NCBI GenBank assembly: GCA_035389045.1
Contig: DAOORA010000012.1
Span: forward strand, 62,001-90,319
DNA length: 28,319 nt
Reading direction: 5' to 3'
From: Bacteroidales bacterium
GTDB lineage: Bacteria > Bacteroidota > Bacteroidia > Bacteroidales > CAIWKO01
Each line of letters starts with the position of its first letter. Positions within the stretch are counted from its first letter, which is position 1. The position numbers and the translations under genes were made by a program. Below the pieces are notes generated by a model. It was given only the letters and a program-made list of their open reading frames with translations. It was not told the origin of the DNA and did not search any database. This document shows positions 1-8,525 of this stretch, piece by piece.

Positions 1-159
1 AATCCCCCTTTCCCGCTCCAGATCGTTAGAATCAAGTATCAACTCTTTCTTTTCCTGATTCTCACGAAACAATTTAACCTGGTATAAAATACGGTCGACA
101 AGCGTTGTTTTTCCGTGATCAACATGTGCTATTATAGCTATATTTCTGATTTCATGCAT
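1..159 (-). CDS. typA: Translational GTPase TypA/BipA, N-terminal 53 aa (runs off the left edge)
   Basis: Not in the ORF track. The minus strand from ATG 159 reads [53 protein letters not shown], with the G1 motif [12 protein letters not shown] and the [11 protein letters not shown] signature of TypA. Confidence 0.93.
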   Translation of the reverse strand, partial: MHEIRNIAIIAHVDHGKTTLVDRILYQVKLFRENQEKKELILDSNDLERERGI

Positions 160-197
160 CTTACATAGTGAATTAACCGTTTTTTTAAAAGAATTTG

Positions 198-258
198 CAA
201 AGGTAGTCTTTATATTCCACAAACAATGTCCTCCGTGAAACATTTGATAGTATATTTG
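198..258. promoter_or_regulatory. Divergent Bacteroidota sigma-A -7 boxes (TAnnTTTG)
   Basis: TACCTTTG on the - strand at 198-205 upstream of typA, and TATATTTG on the + strand at 251-258 upstream of the ORF at 290. Confidence 0.7.
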
Positions 259-289
259 CATTACAAAATATTTATTTATTGACGATAAA

Positions 290-1147
290 ATGGCGATGTT
301 AAAATTATATGGTATTATCGTGTTCGTTTTGTATGCGACAGGAGCGGCATTAAAACCAGACAAAGAAAAAAAAGACGTTTTGGATATAAAGGTAATTGAA
401 CACTCGCTGGCAAAAATCACTGACAGTATTTACGCAGGGAAGTACGAGGTATCCAATCGCTTATATCGGTTGTTTGAACAAGATCTCAGGGCAAACGGCA
501 GAACAGATCTGCTAAAGATCACCATGGTGGATTCCTTAAACTGGCGCGATAAACTTGCCTACAATGAACCGTATGTTGATTACTATTATAGTCATCCGGC
601 CTATAAGGATTATCCCGTTGTTAATGTTTCATATGAGGCTGCTGTGCTGTTCTGCGAATGGCTCACTGAGAAATATAATGAGTTTCCGAAACGAAAATTC
701 AAAAAAGTGGCGTTCCGGCTACCCTCAGCCAGGGAATGGACCTTTGCAGCCCGATGCAACAAATCATCGTCTCCGTATCCATGGGGATCGTACCTCATGA
801 AAGACTGCAAATATATGTGCAACTTCAAACATTACGGTGATGAAAGAATTACATACAGAAAAGACCTGAAGACATACGAAATCGTGAAAAAACCCTCTGG
901 CGGCAACTCTTTTGAATTATTTGACGCAACTGAAATTACAGCGCCTGTCCATTCGTATTTTCCCAATGATTTCGGCTTATACAATGTTTGCGGCAATGTA
1001 GCTGAAATGATCAATGAAAAAGGCAGGACAAGGGGCGGGAGTTATAAAAATACCGGATGGGATGTCAGGATAGATGCCGCAGATACTTTCGAAAAGCCGG
1101 CAACCGACGTGGGTTTCCGCTATTTTATGGAAATATTGGAAAAATAA
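290..1147 (+). CDS. Secreted SUMF1/FGE-sulfatase-fold protein, GldK/GldJ-like, probably non-catalytic
   Basis: N-terminal signal peptide. Motifs [61 protein letters not shown] and GFR are present. The catalytic Cys pair of true FGE after RGGS is absent. Confidence 0.85.
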   Translation: MAMLKLYGIIVFVLYATGAALKPDKEKKDVLDIKVIEHSLAKITDSIYAGKYEVSNRLYRLFEQDLRANGRTDLLKITMVDSLNWRDKLAYNEPYVDYYYSHPAYKDYPVVNVSYEAAVLFCEWLTEKYNEFPKRKFKKVAFRLPSAREWTFAARCNKSSSPYPWGSYLMKDCKYMCNFKHYGDERITYRKDLKTYEIVKKPSGGNSFELFDATEITAPVHSYFPNDFGLYNVCGNVAEMINEKGRTRGGSYKNTGWDVRIDAADTFEKPATDVGFRYFMEILEK

Positions 1148-1150
1148 CTC

Positions 1151-1513
1151 ATGAACCATACAGTTCGTGAACAAAAATTTGTGGTCGTTGCCGAAGCCCA
1201 TACCCATGAGCCGCTGGAAATATTCTTTGCCGATGGCCTGCCGGACCTTCATTCTGAAATTTTCGAAGCAGCCCGTAAAAACTGGGCTGCAAAAGGCGTT
1301 GATACGGTTTGTGCCGGGGGCGGCAGGTTTTGCATCATCGGTAAATTCCTGGTGTTTTACGACAAATCGCAGCAATACCAACGCTTTGATGGATGCGTTG
1401 TCGCCGCATTGAGCAAAAAACACCCTGCTTTCAAAGGAAAAGGATATAAGGTCATCTGTGATACCCGTTACACCGACCCGTGGAAACTCATTAAAGATTC
1501 CGGAATACTTTAA
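1151..1513 (+). CDS. 120-aa protein resembling the Janus/Ocnus (PHPT1 phosphohistidine phosphatase) family
   Basis: Starts 3 nt after the upstream stop. Motifs K9-FVVV, H34-SEIF, C54-AGGG-R59 and Y70-DK-S73-QQ-Y76 align by eye with human PHPT1 KYVLI, HADIY, CLGGGR and YGYSMAY. Confidence 0.65.
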   Translation: MNHTVREQKFVVVAEAHTHEPLEIFFADGLPDLHSEIFEAARKNWAAKGVDTVCAGGGRFCIIGKFLVFYDKSQQYQRFDGCVVAALSKKHPAFKGKGYKVICDTRYTDPWKLIKDSGIL

Positions 1514-2811
1514 GGGTTTTTATCAAAACTGCGCCGTTCGCCCAGCACATGATAATCTTTTTCCTGTATGGCCTTAAGGGGCAATTCGCGATTTTTGTAC
1601 ATGGACTTTAAATGATAGTTATGAACAGCAAGAGTGATATTTGTGATAATTCCAGACAATAACATTACAGCCATGATCACGGTAAACCATCTTTTGCGGA
1701 ACAGAGGTTCCCAGCAGTAAAAGGAATATATCATCACCAACGGAAAAAGCACATAAAAGGTATGCGATGAGGGGCCTTTCACGCTGAATAAAAAACTTAA
1801 ATACGTATAAATCATGGCAGAAAAAGCTAACCATCTGACCCATATAAAATCACTTTTCGGGTTTCTTCTGAAAAAAGCAATAATAAGGTATCCCGTTTGC
1901 AAAAATCCAATCAGTATAACAAATATAATAAAGGGCGCAGCGGGCCAGTAATCCATAAAAAAACGAATCTTTGACTCTCCATCGGTATCGATAAAACGAG
2001 GGATTTCATTAGCGGCAAAAGAAATATAACGAAACAACAGTGCAATAATTTCTTTGGCATTGGAAAAATTAAATACAATATTCTCACTGGCACTACCATC
2101 GCCAAAGTGAAATCCATAAACAACAAGTGTTGGTATTAGAGTGGAAGCCGATATAAGGCAGCCAATAATAAAGGTCAACAGCACCATTTTGTTTTTTTTG
2201 AAAGAAAACCAAAATGCAGCCAAAATAAACGGAATAAGCAGTACCCACGACATATGCAGCTGGAAAATCCAGAATAATGCAAAACCCATCATCAAAAAAG
2301 CAAGCCGGATCTTGATAAAGCCTATGCCCAATCCTGGAACAACTTCAAAAAAGCCGATGAAAAATAACACAGCTCCGAAAAGAACATACGACGGATTGAG
2401 CACATGAGTGGAAAAATTCATGGTCCACGGGCAGGTCAGCAGCCATACCCAGGTAAACCATACAGGAATCTCCGGGAATTTTTTACGCAGGTATACAGCC
2501 AATAAGCAAAGTACCGAAAAGGATAAAATATTTAGCAAAATAAAAGGAGCTTCAGGAATGTTCAGGATGTGAAAGGGCAAACCCACCAGCAAGCCCTGCA
2601 ATCCTCCAGGGATCTGTGTTTCAGTATAAACTACATCAGGGCCGAAATACGGAAAATTTCCCGTGGCATAATACTTCAGACCGATCAGGTATACCTGAAG
2701 TTCATCAGGAAACCAAAACTCAGAACACAAGCCGTAAGCAAGCCGTAACAAAAACAGAAATAACAGCAGGGCGGGCCAAGAATAGCTGATTTTTGCGCTG
2801 ATCCGATTCAT
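1510..2811 (-). CDS. Polytopic membrane protein, likely GT-C fold (ArnT/PMT-like) glycosyltransferase
   Basis: 433 aa with about 10-11 hydrophobic segments and an acidic DE motif (WFPDELQVY) in the loop after the first TM helix. Confidence 0.6.
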   Translation of the reverse strand: MNRISAKISYSWPALLLFLFLLRLAYGLCSEFWFPDELQVYLIGLKYYATGNFPYFGPDVVYTETQIPGGLQGLLVGLPFHILNIPEAPFILLNILSFSVLCLLAVYLRKKFPEIPVWFTWVWLLTCPWTMNFSTHVLNPSYVLFGAVLFFIGFFEVVPGLGIGFIKIRLAFLMMGFALFWIFQLHMSWVLLIPFILAAFWFSFKKNKMVLLTFIIGCLISASTLIPTLVVYGFHFGDGSASENIVFNFSNAKEIIALLFRYISFAANEIPRFIDTDGESKIRFFMDYWPAAPFIIFVILIGFLQTGYLIIAFFRRNPKSDFIWVRWLAFSAMIYTYLSFLFSVKGPSSHTFYVLFPLVMIYSFYCWEPLFRKRWFTVIMAVMLLSGIITNITLAVHNYHLKSMYKNRELPLKAIQEKDYHVLGERRSFDKNP

Positions 2812-2815
2812 CGTC

Positions 2816-2906
2816 CAAAGATAAAGAATATCACTTCAATTTATTTTGTTTGTTATAAATAATGAATTTCGCCTGCCTGAAATCAATAAAATATATGTTA
2901 AATTTG
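2816..2906. promoter_or_regulatory. Divergent -7 boxes
   Basis: TATCTTTG on - at 2816-2823 and TAAATTTG on + at 2899-2906. The latter supports ATG 2924 rather than TTG 2846 as the start. Confidence 0.55.
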
Positions 2907-2923
2907 CAAGCAAGATCCGCATT

Positions 2924-4798
2924 ATGGAAACACCGGGCTGCAACGGGGCAAAAGTACTTCTTATTTATCTGGTGAAACTTTTTGTTTTCTGGTTATTACT
3001 TTTTTTTGCACACCATTGTTTGTTTCTGATTTTCAACTACCAGGCTTTGTCAGGCATCCCCTTCGGCCATACCATGCTTTCATATTGGAAAGCACTGCGG
3101 ATGGATATTGCCTCTGCATGCTACCTGCTGTTACCACCGCTTATAATCCTTAGTATTGGTGTTAGCACCCGGCACAGCGAAAAATATTTCCGTGCAGCAA
3201 AATTTGTAAATCATTTCCTGATAATTTTTTATCTGGTCATTAGCCTGGCAGGTCTTGGCCTGTATGCCAACTGGGGAACCAAAATAAACTCTAAAGCCCT
3301 CTCATTCATCATCTATCCGAAAGAGATAGCAGGAATACTATTCGATATTTACAACCTGATTTATTTTGCTGTACTTATCTTTATCCTGGCGTTGATATTT
3401 CTGGCATATCGCTTTGTATTCAGACCTGTGACCGTAAAAAGTCCGGGGATGCTGCGCAGTCTGGTGCTTTTTATTGTTTTTGCAGGCTTACTGTTTATCG
3501 GAGCCCGCGGCGGCCTGCAGAAATATCCCCTCAATAAAAGTTCATGTTTTTATTCAAAGTATCCCGTATTGAACTTCGCCGCGCTGAACGACTTCTGGAA
3601 CTTCTCCGCCATGCTCACACAGCCGATGATAAAAAAAAATCCATACACATTTTTTGAAACTCCCCGTGCAAAAAAAACATTAAATGAGCTGTATGCCGTA
3701 AAAAATGACAGCACGGAGTTCCTTTTGAAAACCAACAGGCCTAATATTGTTTTTATTATTCTTGAAAGCTTTAGCGCCGATGCCGTTGCCTGCCTGGGAG
3801 GAGAAAAAGGCATTGCCCCCTGTTTTGATTCGCTGGCCGGGGATGGATTTTTATTTACCGGAGCTTATGCTACCGGTTTCCGTACCGACCAGGGAATTAT
3901 TGCCCTGTTCAGCAGCTTTCCGGCACAACCGCGCACTTCCATCATAAAGAATTTCGAAAAATTCGACAAACTGCCGAATCTGATAACATCAATGGGGAAA
4001 AACGGTTACTATACCTCATTTTATTATGGAGGCGATCTCGCTTATGCCAATACCGAAACCTACCTGAATATGGCCGGAATCGATAAACTTGCCGGCGAAA
4101 GCGATATTCCTCATACGCGCCGCACCGACTGGGGGGCTTACGACGAAGATGTTTTTAACTTCCATCTGAACGACCTGAAAGATATGAAGCAGCCTTTCTT
4201 TTCGGTTTTGTTAAGCCTGACCAATCACGAATATTTTATTGCGGATGTAGACAAGGTTTTCCCCGGAAAAACCGAAAATGCCCTGTTCCATAATACAGCA
4301 CATTATACCGACAAATGCCTGTATCAATACATACAGCAGGCAAAAAAAAACACATGGTATGACAACACGCTTTTTATCATCACGGCCGACCATGCACACA
4401 AGCACCCGATGGAAAGAGCCTATAATACGCCGGAACGGCATCATATCCCATTGCTGCTTTATGGAGAAGTACTTAAACCGGAATACCGTGGCAAAACATT
4501 CAGCAAAACCACGTCGCACGTCGATATTGCCCCTACCCTGCTTGCTCAGCTCAACATCGGCAGTCCAGAATTTATATGGGGCAAGAATCTCATGAACAAA
4601 TATGCTCCCGATTTCGCCTTTTATACCTTCGACGATGGCTTCGGACTGATCACCGATAGCGTAGATATCATCTATGACCATAACCTGAGAGCTGTTGCAG
4701 AAACACGTATCAAAATACCCGGAAGCAAACCGGAAAAAAAACTCAGACAGGGTCAGGCAATGCTGCAATTATTATTTAAAGAATACATCGAATTATAA
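2924..4798 (+). CDS. LTA synthase (LtaS/MdoB) family membrane sulfatase-like phosphoglycerol transferase
   Basis: About five N-terminal TM helices, then PNIVFIILES, catalytic-Thr region GFRTDQG, TNHEYF, YTDKCL, TLFIITADH, HIPLLLYG and SHVDIAPTLL. Confidence 0.9.
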   Translation: METPGCNGAKVLLIYLVKLFVFWLLLFFAHHCLFLIFNYQALSGIPFGHTMLSYWKALRMDIASACYLLLPPLIILSIGVSTRHSEKYFRAAKFVNHFLIIFYLVISLAGLGLYANWGTKINSKALSFIIYPKEIAGILFDIYNLIYFAVLIFILALIFLAYRFVFRPVTVKSPGMLRSLVLFIVFAGLLFIGARGGLQKYPLNKSSCFYSKYPVLNFAALNDFWNFSAMLTQPMIKKNPYTFFETPRAKKTLNELYAVKNDSTEFLLKTNRPNIVFIILESFSADAVACLGGEKGIAPCFDSLAGDGFLFTGAYATGFRTDQGIIALFSSFPAQPRTSIIKNFEKFDKLPNLITSMGKNGYYTSFYYGGDLAYANTETYLNMAGIDKLAGESDIPHTRRTDWGAYDEDVFNFHLNDLKDMKQPFFSVLLSLTNHEYFIADVDKVFPGKTENALFHNTAHYTDKCLYQYIQQAKKNTWYDNTLFIITADHAHKHPMERAYNTPERHHIPLLLYGEVLKPEYRGKTFSKTTSHVDIAPTLLAQLNIGSPEFIWGKNLMNKYAPDFAFYTFDDGFGLITDSVDIIYDHNLRAVAETRIKIPGSKPEKKLRQGQAMLQLLFKEYIEL

Positions 4799-4959
4799 AA
4801 AATCTTTTTAAATCTGGATTTAATACGATTTAAATTATTAACTTCTCTTGGTTCATGAGGTTGAAAAAAAATCATCAATTCAAAACTGTTTCTGAATTAC
4901 AACCAAATATTCAAAAAATAAAATATTTGCAAAATTGAAAAAAATATAAATAACTTTAA

Positions 4960-4967
4960 TACCTTTG
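4960..4967 (+). promoter_or_regulatory. -7 box for the fabH-like gene
   Basis: TACCTTTG about 100 nt upstream of ATG 5064. Confidence 0.5.
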
Positions 4968-5063
4968 ATGGTCGCTATTTTTAATATTTTTTTGAAAATG
5001 CACCACAAACAGTTGTACTGTAGTGCTTATGTAAAAACGATTAAAACTATTAAAAACCCTATC

Positions 5064-6149
5064 ATGAAAAGCGCGATATACAGTGTGATAACAGGGACAG
5101 GAAGTTATATCCCAACAAGGATAATCCGAAATGAAGACTTTCTGACCCATGAATTCTATGATGCCGAAGGTGAAAAACTAAAAAGTACAAGTCAGGAGAT
5201 CGTTGACAAGTTTCAGGAGATCACCACCATCAGCGAAAGGCGTTATGTAACCGACGATCTGGTGACCTCTGATACAGCCTTTTATGCAGCTGCAGATGCC
5301 CTCGCGGCAGCAGGTATTAATAAAGAGGAGTTGGATTACATCATTGTTGCACATAATTTCGGAGATATTGCGAAAGGAAAAAACCGGACGGATATTGTAC
5401 CCTGCCTGGCTGCACGGGTAAAACATACATTAGCCATTGCAAACCCGCATACCGTATCCTACGATCTTCCTTTTGGCTGTCCTGGCTGGCTTCAGGCTAT
5501 GATACAGGCGGATTACTATATCCGTTCCGGAGATGCACAAAAGATTCTGGTGATCGGTGCAGAAACGCTTTCAAGGGTCTGCGATCCCCACGACAGGGAC
5601 AGCCTGATCTATGCCGATGGCGCCGGTGCAGTCGTTGTAGAAGCCAGAATGAGTGATGAACCAACAGGTATCCTTGCCCATAATGCCCGTTCGGATACGT
5701 TACTGTACTCCCAAATGCTGTATATGGGTAAATCAAACAATACAAACTACCAGGATAAAACCAATCTGTTTCTGAAGATGAACGGAAGGAAACTCTATCA
5801 ATATGCACTTGAAACCGTACCACAGTCTATAAAAGAATGTCTCGAAAAATGCAGCATCCAGCTTGATAAAATTAAAAAAATCCTTATCCATCAGGCCAAC
5901 GGCAAAATGGATGAGGCAATACTCAAAAGGCTTTTTGGACTCTTTAACATTAAAAACCTGCCCGATAATATCATGCCTATGTCCATTTCGTGGCTGGGAA
6001 ATTCTTCCGTAGCCACATTACCCACCTTGTTCGACCTGATTCTGAAAGGCAGGTTGTCCCCACACCAGATACATAAGGGTGACATTATCGTCTTTGCATC
6101 GGTAGGCGCCGGAATGAATATCAACTCAATGGTGTATAAAGCAGAATAA
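5064..6149 (+). CDS. fabH: 3-oxoacyl-ACP synthase III (FabH family)
   Basis: ITGTGSYIP start, catalytic triad in FGCPGW, IHQAN and GNSSVA, plus ADGAGA and SVGAGMN. Start moved from the track's TTG 4965 to ATG 5064. Confidence 0.88.
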   Translation: MKSAIYSVITGTGSYIPTRIIRNEDFLTHEFYDAEGEKLKSTSQEIVDKFQEITTISERRYVTDDLVTSDTAFYAAADALAAAGINKEELDYIIVAHNFGDIAKGKNRTDIVPCLAARVKHTLAIANPHTVSYDLPFGCPGWLQAMIQADYYIRSGDAQKILVIGAETLSRVCDPHDRDSLIYADGAGAVVVEARMSDEPTGILAHNARSDTLLYSQMLYMGKSNNTNYQDKTNLFLKMNGRKLYQYALETVPQSIKECLEKCSIQLDKIKKILIHQANGKMDEAILKRLFGLFNIKNLPDNIMPMSISWLGNSSVATLPTLFDLILKGRLSPHQIHKGDIIVFASVGAGMNINSMVYKAE

Positions 6150-6190
6150 TATCATTCAACGATCCTTTTTCACCGATGATCCGGAACAGG

Positions 6191-8308
6191 CTATTTCGGC
6201 AGTTTCATCACCATCGTTTCAAGTTTCAAGAAATATTGCCTGTCCAGCGGATAGCGCATACGTCCGGCGGTATTGATATCTTCCCATGCCTGAAGGTAGT
6301 TGCCGTTGTCAAAATTGGCCACCGACCGGTTCACATAAGCAGCCGCATCATCAGGATTCATCTGAATAGCAGTATTATAATCCGCTATCGCAGCATCGAG
6401 CTGTTTCAGCTTATATCGGGCCAGCCCCCTCCAGGAGTATAATTCAGATTTTTTCGGGTTGAGTTCAATGGATTTATCAAGGTTTTCAAGCGATTTCTGA
6501 TAATTTTCTGTTTTATAATAAGCAATGCCATACCAATAGCATAGTTCATAATTATCCGGCTTTAGTTTCCGGCTTTGCTCAAAATCCCGAAAGGCCTCAT
6601 CATACCGGCCCAGCTGCACATAAGCCGTACCGCGCTTCAATACAGCATTGGCATCACGGGGCTTAACATGCAGATAACGGTCATAATAAGGCAAAGCATC
6701 TTCAAAACGCAGCAGGGCACTCAGCGAATTAGCCTTGCCGATCAGTCCATCATTATCATCCGGGTGCAACTGCAGACAAACATCAAAATCCGCAATCGCT
6801 TCCTGATGCTTTCCTATATTATTATAAATAATCCCACGGTTCGCCCACGCCTGATAATAGGTAGAATCCATCTGTATGGCCGTATTGAATTCACGTAAAG
6901 CTTTATCGTTGTTTTTTTCCCAGTGATAATAAAAGTATCCAAGGTTATTATAGGCAAACGGCAGATAAGGATACACACGGGAGAGATCACGCATGAGCAC
7001 TTCCCCGTTCTTCCACTTGCCGATACGCTGCCAGGTGAGCAGAGAGAAAAAGATTATAAAGGCAGCGACTATAATGTGCAGAAGAGGTTTAACATTTTTC
7101 AGTTTTGCCGACCGGCTTTGTATCACAGTGTCGTATAATTTTCCCAGCATAAAAAACAACCCGATATATGGGACATACGCATAACGTTCTGCCATAGAGG
7201 CGCCGCCTACCGGGACAATCTGTATGACAAGGGCAATGGTTACAAAGAAAAACAAAGCACCGAAAATATAATGCCTTCCGAATTTCTTTGAATAGATGAG
7301 CAGTGCTATAAACATCAAAACTACGAAGGGAGCTGCAAAATAAACAGCAGGAAACAATCCGTCAACCCTGGCCGGGTATGGATACATTGCGGCCAGACGG
7401 ATTGGCACAAAAAGTTTCCAGAGGTAGGTCATCAGCGAATGACACACGATCAGCAGTCGCTCAAAAACCGTAAACATGGGTGTCAGATCCTGTATCGCAC
7501 CTTTCTCACTCTGCGAAAACACAGCAATAATGCCAAAAATAAGTGCAAGAACAAAAAACGGGGTTTTCTCAAGGATAAGCCTGAAACTAAACTTCCGTTT
7601 AAAGTAATAATCCACCACAAACATCACTACCGGCAAACAAACGGCAGCAGATTTGGAAAGCATGGACAAAAAGAAAAATATAAATGCAAGAATGTAGTAC
7701 CGCCGCTTTGGCTTATCCCTTGTGATGTAATAAAAATATTGAATAAGCGACAACATGAAAAAGAAGGTATACAATACATCTTTACGTTCAGTGATCCACG
7801 CCACCGACTCTATATGCATGGGATGTACGCCAAATAACAGGGCAACAAAAGCAGCTATTTCTGCCCTCTTTGAAAGCTGTCTTATGAAAATAAAAACAAG
7901 CAGAACATTAAGCAGATGCAACAGCAGGTTGTCCATATGATACAGCAGCGCCTTTTCACCTGCAAGAGCATATTCTAATGCCCACGAAAAAGTGGTAAGC
8001 GGGTGATAATTACCTTTGTAAAAGGTCGTCGGGTTAAAAATCGTTTTAAAATTCTCCCACGAAATCTTATGCACCAGTTCATGTTCTAAAATATATCCAC
8101 CGTCATCCCAGTTGACGATAAAATCGTTCGACAGCGACGGGATATAAACGATCAGAGTCGTAACAATGGCAATCAAAGCAAACAATAATTCCTTCCTGCG
8201 GAAATTACGGATCGTTATTCCTGATTCCGTTTTTTTCTGCATGGAGGGCGCCTGCTGAACCTTAACAGGCTGGCGAATTTTTTTATTTGGCTTCTCTTTC
8301 TTACCCAT
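6191..8308 (-). CDS. TMTC-like GT-C membrane glycosyltransferase with C-terminal TPR array
   Basis: NWDD acidic motif after TM1, YHPLT, LFGVHPMHIESVAWITERKDVL, LSKSAA, AERYAYVP, then about 7-8 TPR repeats (AYNNLG, AWANRG, AYVNRS). Confidence 0.88.
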   Translation of the reverse strand: MGKKEKPNKKIRQPVKVQQAPSMQKKTESGITIRNFRRKELLFALIAIVTTLIVYIPSLSNDFIVNWDDGGYILEHELVHKISWENFKTIFNPTTFYKGNYHPLTTFSWALEYALAGEKALLYHMDNLLLHLLNVLLVFIFIRQLSKRAEIAAFVALLFGVHPMHIESVAWITERKDVLYTFFFMLSLIQYFYYITRDKPKRRYYILAFIFFFLSMLSKSAAVCLPVVMFVVDYYFKRKFSFRLILEKTPFFVLALIFGIIAVFSQSEKGAIQDLTPMFTVFERLLIVCHSLMTYLWKLFVPIRLAAMYPYPARVDGLFPAVYFAAPFVVLMFIALLIYSKKFGRHYIFGALFFFVTIALVIQIVPVGGASMAERYAYVPYIGLFFMLGKLYDTVIQSRSAKLKNVKPLLHIIVAAFIIFFSLLTWQRIGKWKNGEVLMRDLSRVYPYLPFAYNNLGYFYYHWEKNNDKALREFNTAIQMDSTYYQAWANRGIIYNNIGKHQEAIADFDVCLQLHPDDNDGLIGKANSLSALLRFEDALPYYDRYLHVKPRDANAVLKRGTAYVQLGRYDEAFRDFEQSRKLKPDNYELCYWYGIAYYKTENYQKSLENLDKSIELNPKKSELYSWRGLARYKLKQLDAAIADYNTAIQMNPDDAAAYVNRSVANFDNGNYLQAWEDINTAGRMRYPLDRQYFLKLETMVMKLPK

Positions 8309-8383
8309 AGCATATTTTTTTCAGAACAACCGGTGAAGAACGATTTTTATGTTTAAATGATGATGCAAAATAATGATTTTTTA

Positions 8384-8391
8384 CAAATATA
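8384..8391 (-). promoter_or_regulatory. -7 box for the TMTC-like gene
   Basis: TATATTTG on the - strand about 75 nt upstream of ATG 8308. Confidence 0.45.
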
Positions 8392-8525
8392 ATCCACAAA
8401 TAGTATCCTTAACAATTATAATTTACAAAATGATTTAATTCATATACATTTTATAAAATATGCAAAACAAATTATAAGGCAAAATACTTACTTTTTTTTA
8501 TGTAACTTAGCAGAAAAATGCCGGG

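Noticed and set aside
290..1147. True formylglycine-generating enzyme activating the nearby sulfatase-like protein
   Set aside because: The FGE catalytic cysteines are absent, and the LtaS-like protein has a Thr nucleophile region rather than a C/SxPxR sulfatase motif.
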